Shown here: positions 29,441 through 38,460 of the stretch, one piece after another | Numbering within the stretch: position 1 is the first letter of the stretch | How the letters are laid out: every line of letters begins with the position of its first letter | Assembly (NCBI GenBank): GCA_031409655.1 | Contig: JANNXQ010000107.1 | Coordinates: forward strand, 32,001 to 96,000 | DNA length: 64,000 nucleotides | Reading direction: 5' to 3' | DNA from: Chthoniobacteraceae bacterium | Lineage (GTDB): Bacteria; Verrucomicrobiota; Verrucomicrobiia; Chthoniobacterales; Chthoniobacteraceae | Position numbers and translations under genes: made by a program | Notes under the pieces: generated by a model | What the model was told of the DNA's origin: nothing | What the model saw: only the letters and a program-made list of their open reading frames with translations | The model's database searches: none

Positions 29441-31222
29441 ATGCCGATCACCCGAGTCCACCTCACCGCTGGCGACAAAGTCGGCTGGGCGATCGACGAA
29501 GATCTCCGGCTCGTCCGCGACTCGCTCGCCGGGGTGTGCGAGGTCACCTCGCTCGCCAAAGCGGAGGTTGTGCACTCAGGCTGGTGGGTGAATTTGCTGC
29601 CGTATTCACCTGCCGATTTCCGCGGGAAGCACGTCGTCTGCACCGCGGAAAACGCGCCCTTCTACTACATCACCGAGCCCGAGTTCTTGAAGGTGCGGGA
29701 GATGGTCACGCAATGGATCGTCCGCTCCCGCGAGGGCGCTGCGCAATTCGCCGCGCTCGGCATCGAGAGTCGCTACGCGCCCTACACTTTTGATCCCGCG
29801 GTCTTCCATCCGCTGCCGCTCGATCACCCGGAGGTGCAGAAACTTGTCCGCAGGTGGAGTATTCCCACGGAGAAATATCTCGTCGCAAATTTTCACCGCG
29901 ACACCGAAGGCGCGGACCTGCGCTCGCCGAAGATCCAGAAGGGCCCCGACGCCTTTCTCGAAATCGTCACGCTGCTGCGCGATCGCGGCGCGGATTTCCA
30001 TGTGCTGCTCGCGGGCCCGCGCCGGTTTTATCTCCGGCGCGAACTCGCTGCTCGCCGGATCCCGTTCACCTTCGTGGGCGAAGACACCGGCGCGAACGAC
30101 GACCTCACGGCGAATACCCTGCACCGCTCGGTGCTCAATCTCCTCTACAGCATCGCCGACGCGCAGGTGGTTTCGTCGCGCTGGGAAGGTGGGCCGCAAT
30201 CCGTCCTCGAAGCGGCCGCGACGTGCTGCAAGATCATCAGCACGCGGGTGGGCCTCGCGCCGGACGTGCTCGAACCCGGCTGCTTGTTCGACACGGTCTT
30301 CGAAGCCGCGGATTTGTTGGAACGCGACATCGCCACCGGCGTGCTGGACGCCAGCGTGGAGCCGCAATTTCAACGCGTGAGTATCGCGCACACTGAGCCC
30401 GCGCTGCGCGAGCATCTGCGCGAAATCTATCGCTCGCTCGAACCACTGCCTGCCTCGGGCTCAGGTTCGGGTCGTTCGATCCGCCGCGTGGCGGATCGTT
30501 TACTCGGTCGCTTCAAAGCCAAGCCCGCCGTGCGTTCCATCGCGCTTGTGCATGAGCCGAAGAAGGAGACGAGCAACGCATTCGACGATTTTCTTCGGCG
30601 CCTCGCCGATGAATTGCGCGAGCGCGGATGCGGGTTGGCGGATGCGGCAGACGGGACTGATTGCGACGCCGTCCTGCTCGGTCGCGTCACGCCGGGAAAC
30701 CCGCATCTGGAAAAACTTTCGCCGTCGGCACTCCCGCCCGTGATCGGATTTCTCGATGACGAATCAGCGGCGAACAGCGCCGCAAGTATTCACCGACAGC
30801 ACTGCGCCTGCGTGTTGCTCTCGTCAATCGAAGCGCTCACGCATCTCCAGACCCGTGGCGAAATCTCGAATCGCACGCTCGTCATTCCACCCGTCGCGAC
30901 GGCCACTCGCGCAACCGCCACCGCCGAACCGGTGCTTCTACGCTCCGACGATCCGTGGGCCGGCGGTCGCATCCAGCAAGCTCTCGCGAGCGGCGCCCCG
31001 ATCCTGTATCCACACGGGTCGCACTATGAATACGCGGTCTGGTTTGGCGGACTGGCGCTCCGCGATGCCGAATCACCGAGCGAGAAACTCGCGACATTTT
31101 CCGCGCACCACGACATCTTCGCGCGACTCGCAGCGCCTGTCTCGATCGCCTCCGTCGCCGACCGCCTGCTGCGCCTCATTTCCACCACCCGCGAACTTTT
31201 GACTGATGAATCCGATGACTGA
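29441..31222 (+). CDS. GT4-like glycosyltransferase with a divergent second GT-like C-terminal region
   Basis: RDTEG.DL..PK.QKGPD, SRWEGGPQSVLEA; C-terminal QALASGAPILY..FGGL. Confidence 0.75.
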   Translation: MPITRVHLTAGDKVGWAIDEDLRLVRDSLAGVCEVTSLAKAEVVHSGWWVNLLPYSPADFRGKHVVCTAENAPFYYITEPEFLKVREMVTQWIVRSREGAAQFAALGIESRYAPYTFDPAVFHPLPLDHPEVQKLVRRWSIPTEKYLVANFHRDTEGADLRSPKIQKGPDAFLEIVTLLRDRGADFHVLLAGPRRFYLRRELAARRIPFTFVGEDTGANDDLTANTLHRSVLNLLYSIADAQVVSSRWEGGPQSVLEAAATCCKIISTRVGLAPDVLEPGCLFDTVFEAADLLERDIATGVLDASVEPQFQRVSIAHTEPALREHLREIYRSLEPLPASGSGSGRSIRRVADRLLGRFKAKPAVRSIALVHEPKKETSNAFDDFLRRLADELRERGCGLADAADGTDCDAVLLGRVTPGNPHLEKLSPSALPPVIGFLDDESAANSAASIHRQHCACVLLSSIEALTHLQTRGEISNRTLVIPPVATATRATATAEPVLLRSDDPWAGGRIQQALASGAPILYPHGSHYEYAVWFGGLALRDAESPSEKLATFSAHHDIFARLAAPVSIASVADRLLRLISTTRELLTDESDD

Positions 31223-32075
31223 ATTCGTAGCCGAGCCCCGACGTGCCGATTGGTTGCAAAGGGCGAGCGACACTGTCTGCCGCGACCGCATCTGGAAGCT
31301 GGGCCTGCTGACGGGACTGAAAGCTGACGCCGACGAGTTCACGCCCGCCAACTTCGAACGCGCGCTCGTGCTCGACCGGCTCATCCAACTGCACCAGCCC
31401 GCGCGCATCCTCGAAATCGGCACCGGGCGCGGACTCGGCAGCATGGCCATGGCCGCCGCCGCACTCGCCCACGGCGTCCAAACGTGCATCACCACGCTCG
31501 ACATCCTCTCCACCGACACCAAGCAGCGCTGGCCGATCGAGATCGATGGCCAGCGCCGGGTCACCGAAGCCAGCCGCCGCGAGATCTGGAGCCAGCACGT
31601 CGATCCCGCCCTCGTGGAACTCGTGACCGAAGTCACCGGAGCCACCACCCGCACCTTGCCGCAGCTCGCCGCGGGCGGGCACAAATTTGACCTCATCTTC
31701 ATCGACGCCGGACACGACCTGTATTCGGTCATCCACGATCTCTCCTACAGCGTGAAGCTGCTCGCGCCACGCGGCGCAATCCTCATGGACGACTTCGCCC
31801 CGATGGAAGAATTCGGCCTCGGCACCTGCATCGCCGCGCAACACGCGCACCGCTACTTTGATCGCGTGGAAATTTTCCCGACCGAGGGACTCGTCTTTGG
31901 CGGCACCGAGCACCCGGAGGCGCCGCGCGGCATGGTGCTGCTGAGCGAGCCGATCGCGCGGGAGGTGGAGGTGAGTCGCCTGCGCCTGCTCGCCTGGCGT
32001 TTTGCGGAGGTGCTGCTGCGAATGTGTCACGCCCCGGCTTTCTTCCCGGTGCGCGTGGCGCGTTCCGCCTCCTGA
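31206..32075 (+). CDS. Class I SAM-dependent O-methyltransferase (Methyltransf_24-like)
   Basis: ILEIGTGRG.G, FDLIFIDAGH, L.P.GAILMDD. Confidence 0.85.
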   Translation: MNPMTEFVAEPRRADWLQRASDTVCRDRIWKLGLLTGLKADADEFTPANFERALVLDRLIQLHQPARILEIGTGRGLGSMAMAAAALAHGVQTCITTLDILSTDTKQRWPIEIDGQRRVTEASRREIWSQHVDPALVELVTEVTGATTRTLPQLAAGGHKFDLIFIDAGHDLYSVIHDLSYSVKLLAPRGAILMDDFAPMEEFGLGTCIAAQHAHRYFDRVEIFPTEGLVFGGTEHPEAPRGMVLLSEPIAREVEVSRLRLLAWRFAEVLLRMCHAPAFFPVRVARSAS

Positions 32076-32085
32076 CTTTCGATCC

Positions 32086-33237
32086 GTGCTCACGGATTTC
32101 CTCGCCCGTCTTTTGCCACGCCCGGTGCGGCGCGCGCTGCGAGCACCGGCGGATGCAGTTTCGCGCAGGAGGTTTCGCGCGCAGCTCGCAGCGTCGGATT
32201 TCACCCTGGCGCAGGGCGCGCCGGCTCTCCACTACGGCGGCGCTCTGCCGCGCGGCTCCGGCGCACTCGTGAGCGGTGGCCGGGTGAAACTCACGCACCT
32301 CGACCGTGCCTTTCCCGAACAACACACGAGCTATAATGTGCTCTACCTCGTCAGCAGCGCGATCCCGGCGCAGGCGCTGGAACTCGTGCGCTGGGCCAAG
32401 TCGCGCGGAGTGCGCTTCGTCTGGAATCAAAACGGCGTCGCGTATCCGGCGTGGGCGGGAAAGTTCACCCGCGATGTGAATGATCCGATGCGGGCGCTGC
32501 TGCAGGCGGCGGACTTCGTGGTCTATCAAAGCGAGTTCTGCCGCGAATCCGCGGATCGACACCTCTGCCGCGCGAGCTGCGAATCCGCGGTGCTTTTCAA
32601 TCCCGTCGATCATGCCGTCTTTGCGCCAGCGCCAACTCCCCTGCCCCCCAGCCCGCTGCGACTGCTCACAATGGGCACGCACACCTACGCCGATCGCGTG
32701 CTGGTGACGCTGCGTTGTCTGGCGGACCTCCGACGCGGGGACCGCGATGCCACCCTCACGATCGCCGGACGGCTCCAGTGGGAGAACGCAGAGTCCGACG
32801 TGCGCGACGAAATCTCCAAGCTCGGCCTGCGCGAGCACGTCACGCTGCGTCCCGCGTTTTCCCAGGCGGAAGCCGCGGAACTGTGCCGATCGCATCACCT
32901 GCTCCTGCATGCGAAGTACATGGACCCATGTCCCACCGTAGTGATCGAGGCGCTCGCGTGTGGCCTTCCCGTGGTCGGCTTGGAAAGTGGCGGCCTGCCG
33001 GAACTGGTGGATGCGCGGAGTGGGCGGCTGATTCCGGTTCCGCGGGATTGGGACACCATGCATACGCCGTCTCCCACGCAGTTCGCGCGAGCGGTAAAAG
33101 AGATCGCGGATCGCCGGCCCGAATTTAGCGCGCACGCGCGGCGGGGCGCCGAGGAACGATTCGCGGCAGAGCGATGGGTGGACCGGCATCGGGAGATTTT
33201 CACGCAAGTCCTCAAGTCCGCGAAGGTGTCCGCTTGA
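32086..33237 (+). CDS. GT4 glycosyltransferase
   Basis: NQNGV, YQS.FC, NPVD..F, DPCPTVVIEALACGLPVV..SGGLPELV. Confidence 0.88.
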   Translation: MLTDFLARLLPRPVRRALRAPADAVSRRRFRAQLAASDFTLAQGAPALHYGGALPRGSGALVSGGRVKLTHLDRAFPEQHTSYNVLYLVSSAIPAQALELVRWAKSRGVRFVWNQNGVAYPAWAGKFTRDVNDPMRALLQAADFVVYQSEFCRESADRHLCRASCESAVLFNPVDHAVFAPAPTPLPPSPLRLLTMGTHTYADRVLVTLRCLADLRRGDRDATLTIAGRLQWENAESDVRDEISKLGLREHVTLRPAFSQAEAAELCRSHHLLLHAKYMDPCPTVVIEALACGLPVVGLESGGLPELVDARSGRLIPVPRDWDTMHTPSPTQFARAVKEIADRRPEFSAHARRGAEERFAAERWVDRHREIFTQVLKSAKVSA

Positions 33238-34700
33238 TGCCGCGGAAAAGCTTCATCTGGCTCGCGGCGCTCTTGGCGCTGATCGCCGCTGGATCGCTCA
33301 CCCACCGGTCGCATCGCAAGCACGAGAAAGCCCTCGCGGCAGCCCAGAAGAAGGCCGCGAAAGCCGCGAAACCCCGGAAATTTCAACGCGCCGCAACGCC
33401 TGTCATCTCCCGCGACGGGCTCCCGACGCTCGCGCGAAAGGTCCAGGCTGAACAACCGTTGAGGGTCGCATTCCTCGGTGGTTCGATCACGCAGAACGCC
33501 AGCCGCGGAGGCTTCGTCGCGGAAGTGAAGGCGTGGCTGGAGCGCTCCGCTCCCGGTGTTTCCGTGGAGGTGGTAAACGCAGGCATCGCCGGCACGGGCT
33601 CGGACTTCGGCGCGCAGCGCGTGGATCGCGATGTCCTCGAGCAATCCCCGGATGCGGTCTTCGTGGAGTTCGCGGTGAACGACTCGGATCGCGAGTGTAC
33701 CGCCGACATGGAGCGCATCGTGCGGAAGACGCGCCTCGCGAATTCGGCCACAGATCTCGTCTTCATCTACACCGTCACCAGTGAATCGCTTCCGATGCTG
33801 GAGCGCGGGAAATTTCCGCCCTCCGTGCTGCGACACGAACGCGTGGCGGAGCACTACGGCATCCCGACCGTGGCGCTCGGCTCGGAAGCAGCGCGAAGAA
33901 TTCGGGCGAACGAGTGGACGTGGAGCAATTTCTCGGCGGACACCTGCCACCCGACGCCAGCGGGATACGCGAGCTACAATACGGACATCGCTGCCGCACT
34001 CGAATTGCTCCTCCAAGCTCCCGCTCAGCGCTCGGGCTCGCTGCCTCCCAGCATCACACCAGACCTCTTGTTGCGCCCGCCGCCCGCCACCGCCGTATCG
34101 CAGACAGAGCCGGCACCGTTCGTGGGCAGCGATGGAAAACCTGCCCTCGAAACAAGCGAACTCCCGCTCTTCGGCGTCCACTGGATCGAAACCCCAACCT
34201 TTGCGAACCAATGGGAGCTTTTCTACCGGCCTCTCGATCGCACCGTCCCCGACGCGCAAGACCGCCAAACCTGGAAGCGCGCCCGCTGGTTTGACGAATT
34301 GCGCTGGTTCACCGGCAGCACGTCGCACGCGCTCGCACGCTCCAACGTCGAGTCGGAGAATTTTTTCGGCTCCAGTCCCACCGAGGCCGCGGTGCTGACC
34401 TGGCGCGCAAAAGCTCGCGGGCGCCACGTCGTTCGCGTGGCCGCTGCCACGCTCGAAGGTCCGCGTGCGAGTGAGGTTGCAAAGTGCGAAATCCATCTGC
34501 TGCATTTTCCCCACGGCGAACGCACAGGCTCCACGGTCGCCGCAGAGGCCACCGACGGCGCTTTCGACTTCACCCGCTCCTTGAATCTCGAGCCAGGCGA
34601 CGAACTCGCATTTGCGATCGATCCACGAGGCTACAAATTCGCGCACTACCGCGGATTTCGGGTGACGGTCGGCTACTTCGGAGAAGCGCCAACGCCTTGA
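33237..34700 (+). CDS. Exported/anchored SGNH/GDSL hydrolase
   Basis: N-terminal hydrophobic segment; FLGGSIT, NAGIAGTGS, EFAVND, DTCHPT..GY. Confidence 0.85.
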   Translation: MPRKSFIWLAALLALIAAGSLTHRSHRKHEKALAAAQKKAAKAAKPRKFQRAATPVISRDGLPTLARKVQAEQPLRVAFLGGSITQNASRGGFVAEVKAWLERSAPGVSVEVVNAGIAGTGSDFGAQRVDRDVLEQSPDAVFVEFAVNDSDRECTADMERIVRKTRLANSATDLVFIYTVTSESLPMLERGKFPPSVLRHERVAEHYGIPTVALGSEAARRIRANEWTWSNFSADTCHPTPAGYASYNTDIAAALELLLQAPAQRSGSLPPSITPDLLLRPPPATAVSQTEPAPFVGSDGKPALETSELPLFGVHWIETPTFANQWELFYRPLDRTVPDAQDRQTWKRARWFDELRWFTGSTSHALARSNVESENFFGSSPTEAAVLTWRAKARGRHVVRVAAATLEGPRASEVAKCEIHLLHFPHGERTGSTVAAEATDGAFDFTRSLNLEPGDELAFAIDPRGYKFAHYRGFRVTVGYFGEAPTP

Positions 34701-35713
34701 GCAGCCCTGCCATCACGGTGCTGATGACGATGTTCAATGCGTCGCGGCATCTCCGCGCGGCGGTCGACAGCATCCTCCGCCAGACCTTCGCCGACTTTGA
34801 ATTTCTCATCATCGACGACGGCTCGACCGACGACTCAGCGGAGATCGTGGGCAACTACGACGACGATCGCATTCGCCTCATCCGCAATGCGACGAACCGA
34901 GGCCAGACGCCCTGCCTGAATCAAGGACTGGAGCTCGCTCGCGGGGAGTGGATCGCGCGTCAGGATGCGGACGATCTCTCACATCCGCGGCGGCTCGAAC
35001 GCCAGATCGCGAGGCTCCGGGTGGACGAAACTCTCGCCCTCCTCGGCGCGCAGGCGTGGATCGTGGATGACCGCGGGCGCTTCAGCGGCATGCTCACGGT
35101 CCCAACGGAAGCGGACAGCATTGGATGGGCGATGCTTTTTGAGAATCCCTTCATCCACACCGCAGCCGTCTTCCGGCGCGATGTGGCGCAAAGGCTCGGC
35201 GGCTACGACGCGGCATTCCGCATCTGCCAGGACTACGATCTTTGGTTGCGCATCACGGCAGCCCATCGCGCGGCGAATCTGCCGGATCGGCTCGTCACCT
35301 ACCGCCACTCCCCATCATCGCTCCAGCACGCGAGCCGGGATGTGGTGCGCGCGGAGTCTGAGAATGTGGTGAGGCGCGCGTGGGCTGCGGCCTTTACCGA
35401 ACGCCAACCTTCGCAGGCGGAGATAGAAACGTTGCTCAGTTTTCGCACCGGCATCGCGCCCAATGATGTCGAGACGTTTCGCGACTTCTACGGCTCCACG
35501 CTTACAGAATATCTCCGCGCGCATCGTGGTCGTTCACTTCACGATCTGCGGCGGACGGTGGCGCTGCATCAGGCGAAGATTGGCCGTGACGTGGCTTCGC
35601 TCGACCGAGCCAAGGCCGCGGCTTGCCTCACCCGCACCTTTACCGAGCACCCTGCGGTGCTGACTCGGCTCGCGCTCGAACGGCTCGCGGGACCATTCCT
35701 CGTGCAGCGGTGA
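34697..35713 (+). CDS. GT2 glycosyltransferase
   Basis: SIL.QTF.DFE.LIIDDGSTD, LNQGL, ARQDADD.S.P.RL..Q, QDYDLW. Confidence 0.92.
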   Translation: MSSPAITVLMTMFNASRHLRAAVDSILRQTFADFEFLIIDDGSTDDSAEIVGNYDDDRIRLIRNATNRGQTPCLNQGLELARGEWIARQDADDLSHPRRLERQIARLRVDETLALLGAQAWIVDDRGRFSGMLTVPTEADSIGWAMLFENPFIHTAAVFRRDVAQRLGGYDAAFRICQDYDLWLRITAAHRAANLPDRLVTYRHSPSSLQHASRDVVRAESENVVRRAWAAAFTERQPSQAEIETLLSFRTGIAPNDVETFRDFYGSTLTEYLRAHRGRSLHDLRRTVALHQAKIGRDVASLDRAKAAACLTRTFTEHPAVLTRLALERLAGPFLVQR

Positions 35714-36819
35714 AGTTTCTCTTTCTCTCCAGCCATGCGCATCTCGCGCTCGATCCTGATGCGAAGCAGGTCTCCGGCGGCGCCGAGTTGCAAGTCGCAC
35801 TCCTTGCGGCCGAGCTGGCTGCGCGCGGGCACGAGGCGATCATCGTCGGTGGAGATACGGGGCAGCCGGATCAGCGCACCTTGCGTGGCGTGCGGACGCG
35901 GCTCGGTGGAAAGTTTCACACCGGCGGTTTGGCGGACACCTTCGCCGCGCTGCCCATTGTGTGGCGCATTCTGCGCGAAGAGCGGCCGGACTACGCGCTG
36001 ATCCTTGGCTGGACGACGTGGATGTTTTTCCTCGGAGCGATGAAGCGTTTTGTGCCCACGAAGACGGTCTTCATCTGCGGTCTGGATACCGAGGTGAATG
36101 GCGAGTTTCGCCGCGCGAATCCGGTGCGGGGCGCGCTCTTCGAATACGGCGTGCGGCACGCGGAACTCCGCTACGCGATGACGGACTATCAGCGCGATCA
36201 ATTCCACCGCGCCGGTCTCGACTGCGGCCTTTACCGCAATCTCATTCTCCCGCGAACCACGCCCGCGAGTGCGGCCAAGGACATCACGTTCCTGTGGGTC
36301 GCACGCTGTCAGCCCATCAAACGTCCGCACCTCTTCCTCGATCTCGCGGAGCGTTTCCCCAGCGCACGCTGCACGATGATCTGTCCCGATGAAGATCGCC
36401 CTCTTTGGGAGACGCTCGAGGAGCGTGCCGGCAGGCTGCCGAACGTCAAATTCCTGAAGCGCGTGCCCTATCACGAGATTCAGGGGATCTACGATCGCGC
36501 GGCGATCTTCGTGAATACTTCGGTCGCAGAGGGTTTCCCGAACAGCTTCATCCAGGCAGCGATGGGCGGCGCGGCGATCCTTTCACTCGCCGTCGATCCC
36601 GATACGGTACTCGCACGCTTCGGCGCCGGCCTCTGCGCAGGCGATGACGCCGCAAAATTCCAAGAATGCGCGGCGCGACTGCTGGCCGATCCGGCGGAGC
36701 TCTCGAAGTATCAGCAGCAGGCGGTGCGTTTCGTCACCAAGCTTCACGACAACGCGAAAAATGTGGAAGCCTTCCTCGCCGGGCTCCAGCCGGCGGGCAT
36801 TCAGCGCGCCCGCTCGTGA
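35710..36819 (+). CDS. GT4 glycosyltransferase
   Basis: GGAELQ, KRP..F, NTS..EGFPNSFIQA. Confidence 0.88.
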   Translation: MKFLFLSSHAHLALDPDAKQVSGGAELQVALLAAELAARGHEAIIVGGDTGQPDQRTLRGVRTRLGGKFHTGGLADTFAALPIVWRILREERPDYALILGWTTWMFFLGAMKRFVPTKTVFICGLDTEVNGEFRRANPVRGALFEYGVRHAELRYAMTDYQRDQFHRAGLDCGLYRNLILPRTTPASAAKDITFLWVARCQPIKRPHLFLDLAERFPSARCTMICPDEDRPLWETLEERAGRLPNVKFLKRVPYHEIQGIYDRAAIFVNTSVAEGFPNSFIQAAMGGAAILSLAVDPDTVLARFGAGLCAGDDAAKFQECAARLLADPAELSKYQQQAVRFVTKLHDNAKNVEAFLAGLQPAGIQRARS

Positions 36820-37922
36820 ACGCGGCGCGCCAAATCCGGGTGCTGCATGTGATCGACAGCTTTGACCTCGGCGGCGCGCAGACGGCGCTGCTCAATCTCG
36901 TCCGCGCGATGGACCGCACCCGTTTTTCGGCGGAGATCGCCTGCATGCATGGGCGCGGGGTTTTCTGGGAAAATTTCTCGGCGCTCGGCGTCCCGGTGCA
37001 TTCGCTCTCGCCGGCAAAGTGGCTGCCGCTCTACGTTCCGCGGCTGATGCAACTCATCATTCAGCGTCGCTTTGATGTCGTGCATTGCCATCTTTTCGGC
37101 GCGAACTGGATCGCGAAACCAGTGGCCGCAGCGATGCGCGTGCCGGTGCTGGTGAATCACGATCAATGCAACGATCGCCTGCGCCACGACAGCAGCGGCG
37201 CGCGCTGGATCGACACCGCGACGAATCGACTCTCGAGTCACGTGTGCGCCGTCTCGCGCTCGACCCGCGACTTTCTCATCGAACAGGAACACCTGCCAGG
37301 CTCCCGCGTGTCCGTCGTGTATAACGGAGTGGACACTGCGCACTTCACACCCGCGCCGCGAATCGCTCCGCCAGAGGCCGGAGCGTTGATCGCCGGAGTC
37401 GGGCGTCTGCATCCGCAGAAGGATTTCACGCTCTTCCTCGATGTCGCCGCGGCCCTCGCAAAGCAGCATTCAACCGTGCATTTCCTGATCGCCGGCACCG
37501 GACCGGAAGACGCTGCGCTCCGCGACCACGCCGCCGCGCTCGGTATCGCGGATCGCGTGACCTTCGCCGGCCACGTCTCCGATATGCGCGAGGTGTATGG
37601 AAAGGCCGACCTGCTCCTCATGACTTCGCGCTACGAAGGCACGCCACTCACCGTGCTCGAAGCCATGGCCAGCGGCGTGCCGGTGGTAGCCTCGCGGCTG
37701 GACGGCATTGCGGAAGTGATCACCGATGGCGCGGATGGCTTCCTCATCACGCCGGGTCTGCGCGATGAATTTGTGAGGCGGGTGTCGGCGGTGCTGGCGG
37801 ATGCGGAGTTGCGCGGACGTGTCGCGCAGGCGGCGCGGGAGACCGTCGTCGCCAATTTTTCCGCCAAGGCCATGACCGCGCAGGTCGAAGCCATCTACAC
37901 CGAATGCCTCGCGGCGCGATGA
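36816..37922 (+). CDS. GT4 glycosyltransferase
   Basis: GGAQ, YNGVD, GRLHPQK, SRYEGTPLTVLEAMASGVPVV. Confidence 0.92.
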   Translation: MNAARQIRVLHVIDSFDLGGAQTALLNLVRAMDRTRFSAEIACMHGRGVFWENFSALGVPVHSLSPAKWLPLYVPRLMQLIIQRRFDVVHCHLFGANWIAKPVAAAMRVPVLVNHDQCNDRLRHDSSGARWIDTATNRLSSHVCAVSRSTRDFLIEQEHLPGSRVSVVYNGVDTAHFTPAPRIAPPEAGALIAGVGRLHPQKDFTLFLDVAAALAKQHSTVHFLIAGTGPEDAALRDHAAALGIADRVTFAGHVSDMREVYGKADLLLMTSRYEGTPLTVLEAMASGVPVVASRLDGIAEVITDGADGFLITPGLRDEFVRRVSAVLADAELRGRVAQAARETVVANFSAKAMTAQVEAIYTECLAAR

Positions 37923-38410
37923 ACGGAATTTTCCAAGACTGGGACGCGAACGCCGGAAACCCGAAAGGCCAACTCGTGCTGGTCCTTTTTCGGCTGGCCC
38001 AGTGGGTGCGCGGCTGGCCCGATCCCTGGTGGCTGCTCGGCGCGCCGTATCTCGCGTTTTACCGCGTCGCGGTCGAGTGGGTACTCGGCATCGAGCTGCG
38101 CTTCAAGACGCGCGTCGGTCCGCGGCTGCGGCTCTTCCACGGTCAGGGACTCGTGGTCAATGAAGGCACCGTGATCGGCGCGGAAGTCTCGCTCCGCCCG
38201 AACACGACGATCGGCAGCAAGACGCTGCGCGATGGTTCGGAGAGTGGTTGCCCGGTGCTCGGAGACCGCGTGGATGTCGGGGCAAATGTGGTGATCATCG
38301 GCGCGGTGAAGATCGGCGAGGGCGCGGTGATCGGCGCGGGCTCGGTGGTGGTGAAGGATGTGGCGGCAGGGACGGTGGTGGCCGGCAATCCGGCGCGGGT
38401 CTTGGTCTGA
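37919..38410 (+). CDS. WcaB-like serine-acetyltransferase-family O-acetyltransferase
   Basis: QDW.AN.GN.KG...LFR.A, W.LGIEL, LFHGQGLVVN, TTIG.K, hexapeptide repeats. Confidence 0.85.
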   Translation: MNGIFQDWDANAGNPKGQLVLVLFRLAQWVRGWPDPWWLLGAPYLAFYRVAVEWVLGIELRFKTRVGPRLRLFHGQGLVVNEGTVIGAEVSLRPNTTIGSKTLRDGSESGCPVLGDRVDVGANVVIIGAVKIGEGAVIGAGSVVVKDVAAGTVVAGNPARVLV

Positions 38411-38460
38411 AACCACGAAAAATCCCGGCGGCATTCGCCATTCGGGAACAGTCGGTTCCG

